A stretch of 64,000 bases of DNA from Burkholderiaceae bacterium (GTDB lineage: Bacteria > Pseudomonadota > Gammaproteobacteria > Burkholderiales > Burkholderiaceae_D). The position numbers were made by a program, and so were the translations under genes. Within the stretch, counting starts at the first letter, position 1, and each line of letters starts with the position of its first letter. Under the pieces are notes generated by a model, which worked only from the letters and a program-made list of their open reading frames with translations, ran no database searches and was not told the origin of the DNA. Below are positions 51,111 through 62,127 of the stretch, in pieces. The stretch is from contig JAIETO010000001.1 in NCBI GenBank assembly GCA_019745005.1, positions 19,538-83,537 of the forward strand, in the 5' to 3' direction.

Positions 51111-52829
51111 ATGGCGGCTACAATTTTTAAGCAACGATTCCGCATTTCGATAGTGCTACTCGCAGTGTTTCTGGCGTCCTGCGGCGGAAGCGCAAACATC
51201 GGCCCATTGACGCCAGTTAAGCCGCCAACAACACCCACGACACCTCCTACAGGTACCGCGCCGACCCAAGAAGAAGCAGTTCGTTTTCTAGCGCAAGCAA
51301 GTTTTGGTGCAAACACGACATCGATCAGTTCTGTGAGCTCAAGTGGTTACGCTGCATGGATCGACGGGCAATTCGCTAAACCACAAAAACTGCATCGCAC
51401 TTATGTTGAATCCATTGCAGCGACTTTACCTGCTGGTACCAACCTGAGTGCCAATCAATTTTATGAGTCATTTTGGCAGCAAGCGGCCACAGGCGATGAT
51501 CAGCTTCGTCAACGCGTGACGTTTGCGCTTTCGCAGATTTTTGTGGTGTCCTTCGCTGATAGCACAGTCAGTAACTACCCACGCGGTGTTGCATCTTACT
51601 ACGACACCTTAGCGACCCATGCGTTTGGCAATTTCAGAAATTTGTTGGAAGCAGTATCCCTCCACCCAATGATGGGTATCTACCTTACGTCTCTGCGCAA
51701 TCAAAAGGAATCAGGAACTCGAGTGCCAGATGAAAACTACGCACGTGAAGTCATGCAGTTATTCACGATTGGCTTGAACGAGTTAAATCAAGATGGCACC
51801 TTGAAGCTAGCTAACGGCAAGCCAATCGAAACCTATACCAACGCAGATATTACAGGACTTGCAAAGGTTTTTACCGGATGGAGTTGGGCTGGCCCTGATA
51901 AGTCTGATACGCGTTTTTTCGGCGGCAATCCCGATGCAAACCGAGAGATTTCGCCGATGCAAAGCTACCCGAAATACCACTCGACGAGCGAGAAGAAATT
52001 TTTGGGCGTCACCGTTCCTGCTCAAACAACGGCTGATCCGGAGGCAAGTTTAAAAGTTGCGATGGACCGATTGTTTAACCATGCGAATACTGGCCCGTTT
52101 ATCAGCAATCAGTTAATCCAACGTTTGGTAACGAGCAACCCAAGCCCGCAATACGTGGGAAGAGTCGCGGCAGTGTTTGCTAATAACGGGCAAGGCGTTC
52201 GTGGTGATATGAAGGCGGTGGTTAAAGCGATTTTGACTGATAGCGAAGCGCGTACGCCGACTGCAGTGACAAGCAATTTCGGCAAATTGCGGGAACCTGT
52301 GCTGCGCTTAGCAAACTGGATGCGTGCATTCGATGCGCAATCAACATCAAGTCGATTCCTCTTGAGTAACATGGACGATCCACTTAGTTCTATCGGGCAA
52401 ACCCCGATGCGCTCGCCAACTGTGTTTAATTTTTATAGGTCCGGTTACGTCCCGCCAAACACAACAATTGCAACCGCAAACCTTGTGGCACCGGAATTTC
52501 AGATTACGGCAGAAACCTCCGTTGTTGGTTACCTGAATTTCATGCGTGATGTTATTCCAAACGGCACCGGAAGTTCGCGCGACGTGAAAGCCAACTACAC
52601 CAGTTTGATCGCGTTGGCTGACACGCCAGATAAGCTGTTCGATCGCATTTCCTTGTTGCTCGCTGCAAATCGAATCAGCGCAGACTTAAAAACGAAAGTG
52701 ACAACAGCAGTAGGTTCGGTAACCATCCCAACCAACAACGCCACTACCGCAGATACTGCGCGACGCAATCGCGTGTACTTAACAATTTTTTTGGTAATGG
52801 CCTCTCCTGAATACTTAGTTCAGCAATAG
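51111..52829 (+). CDS. DUF1800 family lipoprotein
   Basis: Lipobox LASC, DQLRQRVTFALSQ, PDENYAREVMQLFTIG and ASPEY. Confidence 0.88.
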   Translation: MAATIFKQRFRISIVLLAVFLASCGGSANIGPLTPVKPPTTPTTPPTGTAPTQEEAVRFLAQASFGANTTSISSVSSSGYAAWIDGQFAKPQKLHRTYVESIAATLPAGTNLSANQFYESFWQQAATGDDQLRQRVTFALSQIFVVSFADSTVSNYPRGVASYYDTLATHAFGNFRNLLEAVSLHPMMGIYLTSLRNQKESGTRVPDENYAREVMQLFTIGLNELNQDGTLKLANGKPIETYTNADITGLAKVFTGWSWAGPDKSDTRFFGGNPDANREISPMQSYPKYHSTSEKKFLGVTVPAQTTADPEASLKVAMDRLFNHANTGPFISNQLIQRLVTSNPSPQYVGRVAAVFANNGQGVRGDMKAVVKAILTDSEARTPTAVTSNFGKLREPVLRLANWMRAFDAQSTSSRFLLSNMDDPLSSIGQTPMRSPTVFNFYRSGYVPPNTTIATANLVAPEFQITAETSVVGYLNFMRDVIPNGTGSSRDVKANYTSLIALADTPDKLFDRISLLLAANRISADLKTKVTTAVGSVTIPTNNATTADTARRNRVYLTIFLVMASPEYLVQQ

Positions 52830-52848
52830 ACCCAATTAGGTGACGATT

Positions 52849-54294
52849 ATGACGAAGAAAACAAACGCATCGAGACGCGAATTTTTGCGCATGTCTTCCA
52901 TGCTCTCCTTGGTTGGCGGAACCGCCGGACCATTCGCGCTCAATCTTGCCACTATGGCGTCCGCTGCGGCACAAACGGCACCGGGCGGCTACAAAGCGCT
53001 AGTGTGCTTGTTTATGTATGGCGCAAATGATCAAGCCAATACAGTCTTGGCGACTGACAGTACATCATGGACCCAATACCTGAGTGTACGTACAACGAAT
53101 GAGGCCGGCTCCATCGCATTACCTACAGTTGATACACCGAATGGCGTCATTCCCATCGTGCCGAATACCACGCAAGCGGGTAGAACTTTTGCGCTACATC
53201 CGAACATGGTGGAAATGAAAACGCTGTTTGATAGTGGTCGCGCTGCGATTATTAGCAATGTGGGACCGCTAATCGTGCCCACAACGTTAACGCAGTACAA
53301 AGCAGGCAGCGTTCCTTTACCAGCCAAACTGTTTTCGCACAACGATCAGCAATCGCTTTGGCAGTCCTACGCACCTGAAGGCGCACGCTATGGCTGGGGT
53401 GGTCGTATGGGAGACCTGCTTGCGGCAAACAATACTAACCCAATTTTCACGGCGATTTCAGTTTCAGGGAACGCTGTATTTTTATCTGGGCGAAATATCA
53501 ATCAGTACCAAGTAACGTCGTCTGGCGCGGTTGCAATTGGCGGCTTATCTGGAAGTTTATTCGGCTCATCTGCCGCAACCAATCCATTAAAGTCTGTCAT
53601 CACGGGTAATGGCTCAAACCTGTTCCAAAAAGAACATGCTGCCGTCACTAATCGTTCGATCAACGCGCAAAGCTTATTGGGTCCGGCGATGGCGCCATCA
53701 GGACCAACTGGCGTACCAGAACCAACGGCCTACCTAAATCGTGCGACTAATGCGATTGGTACTAACTCCTTAGCAGTGCAATTGCAAACTGTCGCCAGAA
53801 TCATTGCCGCACGTAGCGCACTTGGCGCGCAACGCCAGGTATTTTTCGTCAGTCTTGGTGGATTCGATACGCATGACTTCCAATCAAAAAACCAGGCTGA
53901 CCTGCTCGCGAGAGTTTCGCATGCTGTTTCTTACTTTGACGGAGTCTTAGCTAATCTTCAGGGCACAGATTTACGTAATCAAGTTACCTTATTTACCGCC
54001 TCAGACTTTGGTCGCACCTTTACCAGTAATGGCGATGGCACCGATCACGGTTGGGGTTCACATCATTTCATCGTGGGCGGAGCCGTGCGCGGGAAAAATA
54101 TCTACGGTGATTTCCCAGTAACGGGTTTAAAACATAACCAAGATGTGGGTTCTGGTAGTTTATTACCGCAATTTTCAGTCGACCAGTATGGTGCGACGCT
54201 GGCAAATTGGTTTGGTTTGAGTGCAACCCAAATCAATGATGTTTTCCCAAACATCACCAATTTTACCCAGCGAAATTTAGGTTTTATGGCTTAA
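52849..54294 (+). CDS. DUF1501 family Tat-exported protein
   Basis: SRREFL, YKALVCLF, GGFDTH, SDFGRT and GTDHGWG. Confidence 0.88.
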   Translation: MTKKTNASRREFLRMSSMLSLVGGTAGPFALNLATMASAAAQTAPGGYKALVCLFMYGANDQANTVLATDSTSWTQYLSVRTTNEAGSIALPTVDTPNGVIPIVPNTTQAGRTFALHPNMVEMKTLFDSGRAAIISNVGPLIVPTTLTQYKAGSVPLPAKLFSHNDQQSLWQSYAPEGARYGWGGRMGDLLAANNTNPIFTAISVSGNAVFLSGRNINQYQVTSSGAVAIGGLSGSLFGSSAATNPLKSVITGNGSNLFQKEHAAVTNRSINAQSLLGPAMAPSGPTGVPEPTAYLNRATNAIGTNSLAVQLQTVARIIAARSALGAQRQVFFVSLGGFDTHDFQSKNQADLLARVSHAVSYFDGVLANLQGTDLRNQVTLFTASDFGRTFTSNGDGTDHGWGSHHFIVGGAVRGKNIYGDFPVTGLKHNQDVGSGSLLPQFSVDQYGATLANWFGLSATQINDVFPNITNFTQRNLGFMA

Positions 54295-54345
54295 AAATTC
54301 TTTGAGGACGTCTATGCAGTGACAGTTTATCGCCTGTATTTTAGG

Positions 54346-55062
54346 TTAAGTCGATAAATTGTCTGCTGCGAAGCCCCAGTTAATGAGTTTGTCCAACACC
54401 GCATTGACATAGTCGGCGCGCCGGTTTTGGTAATCCAAGTAATAAGCATGCTCCCAAACGTCAATGGTGAGCAGCGCCCGTTGTCCTTTGATTAGCGGCA
54501 ATTCTGCATTGGATGTCTTTACGACTTTGAGTTTTTCCCCTTCCTGCACCAGCCACGCCCAACCACTGCCAAACTGCGAAGTCGCGGCCATTGCAAACTC
54601 TTTTTTGCAAGCGTCTACACTCGCGAAAGAGCTTTCAATTTTTTGCTTTAATGGATGCGGTGGTTCGCCGCCACCACCAGCACGCAAACTGCGCCAATAA
54701 AACGTGTGATTCCACAATTGCGCGGCATTGTTAAAAATCGCGGTTTTCTCTGCAATGCCTGCGCTCGCCTGAATGATTTTCTCTAGCCCTAAATCGGCGA
54801 AGTCGGTGCCAACGACCAGCTTGTTCAAATTGTCGGCATACGCTTTGTGATGTTTGCCGTAGTGATACGCCAATGTATTCGCGGAAATAACAGGTGAAAG
54901 CGCATCTTCTGCATACGGCAGTGGCGGTAAAGTGTGGATTGCGGCATTGCCCAGCGTTGGTACGCCAACAAGCGCTAAGCCAACCGCCAACCCAGCCGAG
55001 CGATGCAGAAACTCACGCCGTTGTGGGAAGAGATTCTCATCATTGATTAAAAGTTGGTTCAT
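54346..55062 (-). CDS. sodB: Fe-superoxide dismutase with a Tat-like signal peptide
   Basis: [29 protein letters not shown] and DVWEHAYY; N-terminal QRREFL followed by a hydrophobic stretch. Confidence 0.9.
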   Translation of the reverse strand: MNQLLINDENLFPQRREFLHRSAGLAVGLALVGVPTLGNAAIHTLPPLPYAEDALSPVISANTLAYHYGKHHKAYADNLNKLVVGTDFADLGLEKIIQASAGIAEKTAIFNNAAQLWNHTFYWRSLRAGGGGEPPHPLKQKIESSFASVDACKKEFAMAATSQFGSGWAWLVQEGEKLKVVKTSNAELPLIKGQRALLTIDVWEHAYYLDYQNRRADYVNAVLDKLINWGFAADNLST

Positions 55063-55116
55063 GGCGCTTCCTTAACTGATACGGTTGAAGGGATTAATGT
55101 CGCATGTCGACAAATA

Positions 55117-55248
55117 GAGACCTCTGCACAACCTACTGCGCGGCCGAATATCGGTTCTGTGACACCGGCTACCGTGCTCGCTGTACAGTCGTCCAGGTGC
55201 GCTTCTCGAAGCAAACTTCGGCCGTTCGCTACTTTGTGCAAAGGTCTC
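55117..55248 (+). mobile_element. MITE family A, copy 3 (132 bp)
   Basis: GAGACCTCTGCACAA / TTGTGCAAAGGTCTC with flanks AAATA and AAACA (4 of 5 match). Confidence 0.85.
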
Positions 55249-55406
55249 AAACAAACACTTCAGTATAGGAGTAAAAACCGAGAACGCACGTCAAATCGCG
55301 AATTACTTCTCAGCTAAGCAAAATGAGCTCGAAAATAACTGGCGGAAAAACTTATCGAGGAAGGTCGACTCCCCTTAATGCAGCGCCATGGCGGCGTTAA
55401 GACCAA

Positions 55407-55973
55407 TCATGCTTTCGGTAAAGTAACGCCGTGTTGCCCTTGATATTTGCCACCGCGATCTTTGTATGAGGTTTCACAAATTTCGTCGCTTTCAAAGAAC
55501 AGCACTTGGGCGCAGCCTTCACCCGCGTAAATCTTTGCCGGCAGTGGCGTGGTGTTTGAAAATTCTAATGTCACATAACCTTCCCATTCTGGCTCGAACG
55601 GCGTCACGTTCACGATAATGCCGCATCGCGCATAGGTGGATTTCCCTAGGCAAATCGTCAGCACGCTGCGCGGAATTCGAAAATATTCCATGGTTCTCGC
55701 CAACGCAAATGAATTGGGCGGAATGATGCAAACCTCACCTTTAAAGTCGACAAACGATTTCTCATCGAAATTTTTAGGGTCAACAATGGTGCTATTGATA
55801 TTCGTAAAAATCTTAAATTCGTCGGCACATCGAATATCGTAACCGTAAGAGGAAGTGCCGTAACTGACGATTTTTTGCCCATTTTCTTCACGCACTTGGC
55901 CTGGCGAAAACGGTTCTATCATGCCGTGTTGCTCAGCCATACGACGAATCCACTTGTCTGACTTAATGCTCAT
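55407..55973 (-). CDS. dcd: dCTP deaminase
   Basis: [28 protein letters not shown] and GKYQGQ. Confidence 0.97.
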   Translation of the reverse strand: MSIKSDKWIRRMAEQHGMIEPFSPGQVREENGQKIVSYGTSSYGYDIRCADEFKIFTNINSTIVDPKNFDEKSFVDFKGEVCIIPPNSFALARTMEYFRIPRSVLTICLGKSTYARCGIIVNVTPFEPEWEGYVTLEFSNTTPLPAKIYAGEGCAQVLFFESDEICETSYKDRGGKYQGQHGVTLPKA

Positions 55974-56069
55974 TTCTTCTCCAAGTCTTTGATTATTTTG
56001 CGCATACTACACCATTCAACTTCGTGATAAAACCTTGGTGAAACGTGGCAATCCCATCGCCCACCACAT

Positions 56070-57032
56070 TTATATCAATGGGAGTGGGAGTGCCACGCCA
56101 TTCTTCACCGCTGTCATCTCTGCCAAAATGGATATCGCAATCTCCGCTGGGGTTTTGCTACCGATGTAAAGACCCACTGGCCCACGCAGTTTTTGCAATT
56201 CCAAGTCGGTGACGTCGAAGAGTTTTAAACGTTCGCGTCGCTTTGCATTATTCACTCGCGAGCCGATGGCGCCCACATAAAATGCCGGTGATTTAAGCGC
56301 CTCCATCAGCGCCAAATCGTCCAATTTGGGGTCATGCGTGAGCGCCACAACGGCACAATGTGGGTCTAAATGCATCGCTATCACGACATCATCGGGCATG
56401 CCATGAACGAGGCTAGCGCCCTCCACGTTCCACGTGTCGCGAAATTCCTCGCGTGGGTCGCATACCGTGACCTGATAATCCATGCCTAAGGCAATCTGGG
56501 CAAGAAAACGCGATAGTTGGCCAGCACCGATCACCAGCAAGCGCCAACGCGGCCCATGTATGGTCGTTAAAACGTCGTCCGAAAAATTGAGGGTCATGCC
56601 CGACGATGCGGCTACATGCTCGACGGCGCCTGTCTTTACGTTGAGGCTTCGGGCGACCAATTCGTGGCGTGCGAGACGTGCTAACAAATCGTCAATCACA
56701 GATTGCGATGATAAAGGCTCAAGCGCAAGTTGTATGGTGCCACCACAAGGCAGACCAAAGCGATGTGCCTCATCTGCCGTAATGCCATAGGTCACAATTT
56801 CAGGCGTTTCACGCTCAATTCCGACTGCGTGCACGCGGGCGATTAAATCGTCTTCAATGCACCCACCAGAAACCGAGCCAATCACGGTGCCATCATCGCG
56901 AATGGCTAACATTGCGCCCTCTGGCCTTGGGCTGGAGCCCCAAGTCTTAATCACCGTCACGAGTTGGCAACGTCGGCCAGATTTTAGCCAAGTGGAGCAG
57001 GTTTTGAGGACTTCTAAATCCGTACTATCCAT
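56070..57032 (-). CDS. XdhC/CoxI family Moco-insertion chaperone
   Basis: TWGSSPRP, GSVSGGCIE, GLPCGG, THDPKLDD and TPAEIAISI. Confidence 0.92.
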   Translation of the reverse strand: MDSTDLEVLKTCSTWLKSGRRCQLVTVIKTWGSSPRPEGAMLAIRDDGTVIGSVSGGCIEDDLIARVHAVGIERETPEIVTYGITADEAHRFGLPCGGTIQLALEPLSSQSVIDDLLARLARHELVARSLNVKTGAVEHVAASSGMTLNFSDDVLTTIHGPRWRLLVIGAGQLSRFLAQIALGMDYQVTVCDPREEFRDTWNVEGASLVHGMPDDVVIAMHLDPHCAVVALTHDPKLDDLALMEALKSPAFYVGAIGSRVNNAKRRERLKLFDVTDLELQKLRGPVGLYIGSKTPAEIAISILAEMTAVKNGVALPLPLI

Positions 57033-57145
57033 CTCGAAAAACGCAAAAAATAAGGAGTATATTAAAAAATAGGTATTAAATCGCTTTATTAATAAGGCGT
57101 ATCAAATAATACCTAACACAGTATAAAGAATTACAGCTTGCAAAC

Positions 57146-58024
57146 CTATTCGTCAACTGCGCAAAAGCGTTGCACCTGTTTGCCATCAATTTCCAACATT
57201 TCAAAAAACACGGATCGAGGTCGCGTCCAGAAACGCCCATCGCTGGCTTTATAGACCACTAGCGGTGTCAAATCCGACTCTTGTATGGCTTCGCAAACAA
57301 ACTCGTAAAGCCCACCTTTGTAATGGCGATAAAGTTTTGGCGGTTCTTGTTTCGCAAACGATGAGGCAGCAACTCGCCCACGTGAAGTCGCTTTCGCTGG
57401 TGGTTTTGCTTGTAATTTCTTTTGCACGACCTCCTCAAATTTCGCGGCGCTATTTCGATTAATTGCCACGAGCATGGCAGTGTCCACTTCAGGCATTGAA
57501 AACTTTGCTTTTAATTCCGTGCCCAGACGCAGCATCAGGCGCGCCGTGACGTCGGCATCGGCTTCAGCGCGATGCGCTTGGCTATTAAATTGGATATCAA
57601 GTGAGCGGGCTAACGAACCTAGTGAATAACTGGGAAGCCCCGGTATTACACGACGAGTTAGCTTCACAGAGCAAATCGTCGCATGATGCTGCGACACTAA
57701 ATTATTTCGCTCCGCCTCGGCCATCAAGAATTTTTCGTCGAAGCTAGCGTTGTGGGCGACCAAGGCATCAGACCCGATGAACTCTAATAAGCGTGGAACC
57801 ACCTCGTCCACTGGCGGCGCGCGATCGACCATTCTTTGCGTGATTCCCGTAAGCTGAGTAATAAATGACGGGATTCGCACACCACAGTTAACTAGGCTAA
57901 CAAAACGCTCAGTGACTCGGTCGCCAACAATTCGTAAGGCGGCCACTTCGGTGATGCGCCCGCCTTGTTCAGGACTCATGCCTGAGGTTTCAAAATCAAT
58001 CACAACAAGGGAACTTGCGAACAT
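57146..58024 (-). CDS. DEDDh 3'-5' exonuclease (DnaQ-like) fused to a C-terminal DUF1653-like domain
   Basis: VIDFETSG, AHNASFD and HRAEAD; C-terminal YRHYKGGLY...VVY...WTRP. Confidence 0.85.
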   Translation of the reverse strand: MFASSLVVIDFETSGMSPEQGGRITEVAALRIVGDRVTERFVSLVNCGVRIPSFITQLTGITQRMVDRAPPVDEVVPRLLEFIGSDALVAHNASFDEKFLMAEAERNNLVSQHHATICSVKLTRRVIPGLPSYSLGSLARSLDIQFNSQAHRAEADADVTARLMLRLGTELKAKFSMPEVDTAMLVAINRNSAAKFEEVVQKKLQAKPPAKATSRGRVAASSFAKQEPPKLYRHYKGGLYEFVCEAIQESDLTPLVVYKASDGRFWTRPRSVFFEMLEIDGKQVQRFCAVDE

Positions 58025-58321
58025 AGTTTTAAACCAAAATTTAAACTGCTTTGCAAAGAAAACACGAGTGAGGTTAACACTTCGAACAAGCCTCATAGTA
58101 ATCTATGTCTCGTATGGTTGGGCTGAGCTCATTTTGCTTTTTTGTCGATATGGGAGAGCATCGCTGCGTCACCAGTGCACAAAGCGAACTCTTTACGCAA
58201 AAATGTGTCGAAGCAAACTACACCAGCCATGCTTTTGCAAAACTGGCGAGATCGCCGCAAGTCTTAGTTCATCCATGTAGTCCGTCGCACCAAAGCGCGG
58301 AAAGTATGTTTTTCCTCTTAT

Positions 58322-59644
58322 ATGTCCCAACCCGTCCAACCGTTTCTAGTACGAAAAATATCGCGATTCTTTGTCATTGCCGACAATGATTTGTTACGCG
58401 ACAAAGTGTATCGACGTCTATGGAGTTCCATATTAATCAGCTCCTTTGGCGCACAAGTCACTTTACTGGCTTTGCCATTAACGGCCGCTGTTTTGCTGAG
58501 TGCTAGCCCGAAACAGATGGGCTTATTAACATTCATGGAAATCCTGCCTTTTGTTTTGTTTTCCTTACCTTCCGGTGTTTGGCTAGATCGTGTGCGCAAG
58601 TTGCCCGTGTATATCATTGGCGAGACTGTCATTTCCGTCGCCGTCGCAACAGTGCCGGTGGCTTGGTGGATGGGTTGGCTGGATATGCGTTGGCTTTACT
58701 TTGTGGGTTTCATCATCGGTGCGGTCAATACCACGGCGGGTTCTGCAGCCCAAATCGTCTTAACGCAAATTGTTCCGCGTGAACGCTTGGTCGAGGCGCA
58801 TGCAAAGAATGCCTTAGCAACCTCGGGGGCGGAAATTGCTGGCCCAGCAGCAGCGGGAGCATTAATTAAGCTCATGGGCGCGCCGTTGGCTTTGCTTACC
58901 GACGCTTTTATGTTGATCACCTCAACCATTATTCTGCGCGGTATTCACGTACAAGAAAAACTCAAAATCGACGCTGAGCCCCAGTTTTGGCGTGATCTGA
59001 AAGAAGGTTTGCATTTTGTCGCCAAAAATCGCATTTTGATTTCGCTCGCTATCACGGTGGGTTTGTGGCAACTCAGTTATAACGCCGCCTTGGTGGTACA
59101 AATTCTGTTCGCATCGCGGATTCTTGGATTGTCGGAACAAGCCATCGGACTCAGCTACATGGCGATGGGCATCGGTTCGATTTTTGCCAGCGTGATTGGA
59201 CACCGAGTCAGCCGCGCTGTTGGTCCAGGTCCTTGTATGGTGCTTGGTGTTGCCGTTTGCGGACTGGGTTGGTCTGTACTGGCGCTCTCCCCCGCATCCT
59301 TACTGGGCGTGGTGGCATTTATTTTTATGCTGATGTGCTTTTCCATTGGTGGCGTGTTTATCTTCATTAATTTTTTAGCGCTGCGCCAATCGGTCACGCC
59401 AGAGCCCATGCTAGGCCGCATGACAAGCACCATGCGCTGGTTGATTTTAATTCCTGCAGGACCTGGTGCCTTAATTGGCGGTTGGTTGGGCGAGCACTTG
59501 GGTTTGCGTTTCTCGCTTGGGTTTGCCGGCTTGCTTGCATTACTTCTAGCCTACTGGGCTTGGCGCAATCCCACCATCCGTTCGATTCAAACTCTACCCA
59601 CTTTAATCAGTCAAAGTGATACTGAGGCGAAAACAACAGTCTAG
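58322..59644 (+). CDS. MFS transporter
   Basis: About 12 TM segments, GVWLDRVRK and LRQSVTP..LGR. Confidence 0.92.
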   Translation: MSQPVQPFLVRKISRFFVIADNDLLRDKVYRRLWSSILISSFGAQVTLLALPLTAAVLLSASPKQMGLLTFMEILPFVLFSLPSGVWLDRVRKLPVYIIGETVISVAVATVPVAWWMGWLDMRWLYFVGFIIGAVNTTAGSAAQIVLTQIVPRERLVEAHAKNALATSGAEIAGPAAAGALIKLMGAPLALLTDAFMLITSTIILRGIHVQEKLKIDAEPQFWRDLKEGLHFVAKNRILISLAITVGLWQLSYNAALVVQILFASRILGLSEQAIGLSYMAMGIGSIFASVIGHRVSRAVGPGPCMVLGVAVCGLGWSVLALSPASLLGVVAFIFMLMCFSIGGVFIFINFLALRQSVTPEPMLGRMTSTMRWLILIPAGPGALIGGWLGEHLGLRFSLGFAGLLALLLAYWAWRNPTIRSIQTLPTLISQSDTEAKTTV

Positions 59645-59769
59645 CTTTGCGTTGCTACGGCGCGGGAAAAAGCTGGATAATGCGGGACTGCTTGCCGTTT
59701 TGGCAAAGTAAGCAGAAAGCGCCGAAAAGAGAGACGCTGACCCAACATAAAATAATGGAGAAAAAAGTA

Positions 59770-62013
59770 ATGCGTGTTTTCAAACCTTACATTCCCGATT
59801 CTGCGCGTCTCGCTGAAATGACACCCCGCGCGCTGATCATGGGCACAATACTTGGCATGATTTTCGGTGCTTCCTCGCTTTATCTGGTGCTGAAGGTTGG
59901 CTTAACTGTGAGCGCCTCGATTCCTGTGGCGGTGATCGCGATTACCTTGTTCCGTTTAACCAATAAGCTCGGCGGAAAAGATTCCACCATTTTAGAAAAC
60001 AGCATCACCCAAACCGCTGGTTCTGCAGGCGAATCCATCGCTTTTGGCCTCGGTGTGACGATGCCAGCCATATTAATTCTCGGCTTTGATCTAGAAATTT
60101 CGCGCGTGATGTTAGTTGGCGTACTGGGCGGTTTGTTGGGTATTTTGATGATGATTCCAATGCGTCGCACCATGATCGTTGAGAAACATGAGGAATTGAA
60201 ATACCCCGAAGGCACCGCCTGCGCGGAAGTCTTGAAAGCCGCAGCGACCGACACATCGCGCGAGGCAGCCGGGGAAGAACGCAATCCCCATGCCCAAGAC
60301 GAAGCATCGAAACGCGCACGTATTATTTTTGGCGGCTTCGCGGTAGGTATCATTTATAAGGTGTTGAACGTCGCTTTCAAAGGCTGGAAAGATACACCTG
60401 AAGCTGCATTCGGTGCACCGTTAAAAGCTGGGTCTATCGGCGCAGAAGTTTCGCCAGAATTGTTAGGTGTTGGTTACATCATTGGCCCGCGCATCGCGGC
60501 GACCATGGCTGCCGGTGGCGTCATGTCATATTTGTTGCTGATTCCTATGATTAAATTCTTTGGCGATGCACTCACCGTGCCGCTCAACCCCGGCACCAAA
60601 TTGATTAGTGCAATGAGCCCACATGAGATTCGTGGTGCCTATGTTTTGTATATTGGTGCGGGTGCGGTTGCCGCAGGCGGTTTGATTAGCTTAGTGCGCG
60701 CAATGCCCACCATTTGGCGTAGTTTGTCTGCTAGCCTATCGGGCTTCAAGGGCGGAAACGAAAAAAATGCCGCCACTTTGCTGCGCACGGACAGCGACAT
60801 TCCAATGAAATGGGTATTAATCGGCTGCTTGGCGATTATTGCCGTGATTAGTTTTGCCACGCCGCTGCATATGAATTTTCTCGGCGCACTTTTGATTCTC
60901 GTGTTTGGCTTTTTGTTTTGCACCGTGTCGTCGCGCCTGACGGGGGAAATCGGTTCGTCGTCGAATCCCATTTCCGGCATGACGGTTGCCACCCTGCTCT
61001 TCACCTGCCTGATCTTTTTAATTATGGGCTGGACTGGTGGGCAATATTATGTGACTGCGCTTTCCGTTGGCGCAATTGTTTGTATTGCCTCAAGCAATGC
61101 AGGCACAACTTCGCAAGACTTGAAGACAGGCTACATTTTGGGTGCAACACCGAAATTACAGCAGTACGCTATTTTGGTCGGCGCCCTCTCCTCCGCCTTA
61201 ATTTTGGGTCCAATTCTGTTAAAACTGAACGACGCTGGCACAGTTTATGTGCCCGCTGCTGAAGTCGCACCTATGTTAACGACGGACGTGTCAAAGTTAA
61301 GCGAAGTCGGTAAGTTGCAAGGCCCACAAGCTGAACAAGATTCCGCAAGCTACAAGGTGTGGCACAAGACCGATGCATTAGGCGGCCCAGCAGGTAAATA
61401 TTTTGTTGATAATGCAGGTAAGGCCGTGTATTTGGTGGACCCTGGCATCAATGGCACGCACACAAAACGGCCAGATGGCACGGAAGTGAAAAAGTACGAC
61501 GCCCCCAAAGCGGTGCTGATGTCATACATCATCAAGGGCATTCTTGATCAACAATTGCCTTGGACCCTGGTCTTGTTCGGCGTCATGATTGCCGTGGTTT
61601 TAGAAATGGCAGGCATTCCCTCCTTAGCGTTTGCGGTGGGTGTTTATCTGCCGCTTTCTTCCTCGATGCCTTTATTTGTTGGCGGCATGATTCGTTGGCT
61701 AGTAGATCGTCGCAACCACAAATTAGAGGAAAACAAAAATCTCAGCGATGAAGAAATGCAAGCCAAAGGCGATAGCGGCTCGGGCACCTTGTTGGCTTCA
61801 GGCTATATTGCGGGTGGCGCATTGGGGGGTATTGTCATTGCCTTTACTGCAGGCATCTTGACTGACTTTGATAAAACCCTAAACGACTGGGCAACGGCAC
61901 ATAACCCGTTTTTTGAAGGTGCGAGTGCCAATGGCTTGTCCCTCCTACCCTATGCTTTGATTGTGCTCGGGCTGTATTGGATAGGCCGAGAAAAAGCCAA
62001 GCAGAAATCTTAA
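59770..62013 (+). CDS. OPT family oligopeptide transporter
   Basis: LKVGLTVSASIP, LKYPEGTACA, SNPISGM and QDLKTG. Confidence 0.93.
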   Translation: MRVFKPYIPDSARLAEMTPRALIMGTILGMIFGASSLYLVLKVGLTVSASIPVAVIAITLFRLTNKLGGKDSTILENSITQTAGSAGESIAFGLGVTMPAILILGFDLEISRVMLVGVLGGLLGILMMIPMRRTMIVEKHEELKYPEGTACAEVLKAAATDTSREAAGEERNPHAQDEASKRARIIFGGFAVGIIYKVLNVAFKGWKDTPEAAFGAPLKAGSIGAEVSPELLGVGYIIGPRIAATMAAGGVMSYLLLIPMIKFFGDALTVPLNPGTKLISAMSPHEIRGAYVLYIGAGAVAAGGLISLVRAMPTIWRSLSASLSGFKGGNEKNAATLLRTDSDIPMKWVLIGCLAIIAVISFATPLHMNFLGALLILVFGFLFCTVSSRLTGEIGSSSNPISGMTVATLLFTCLIFLIMGWTGGQYYVTALSVGAIVCIASSNAGTTSQDLKTGYILGATPKLQQYAILVGALSSALILGPILLKLNDAGTVYVPAAEVAPMLTTDVSKLSEVGKLQGPQAEQDSASYKVWHKTDALGGPAGKYFVDNAGKAVYLVDPGINGTHTKRPDGTEVKKYDAPKAVLMSYIIKGILDQQLPWTLVLFGVMIAVVLEMAGIPSLAFAVGVYLPLSSSMPLFVGGMIRWLVDRRNHKLEENKNLSDEEMQAKGDSGSGTLLASGYIAGGALGGIVIAFTAGILTDFDKTLNDWATAHNPFFEGASANGLSLLPYALIVLGLYWIGREKAKQKS

Positions 62014-62127
62014 TACTAAGGGCGGTATTTTTATACTGCGCTTATAAATAAAGCGCAAATAGCATAGTTTTTATGCATACTGCCATTTTTTACTATTTTT
62101 ATTAATACAAATAACGACAAAGAACTT

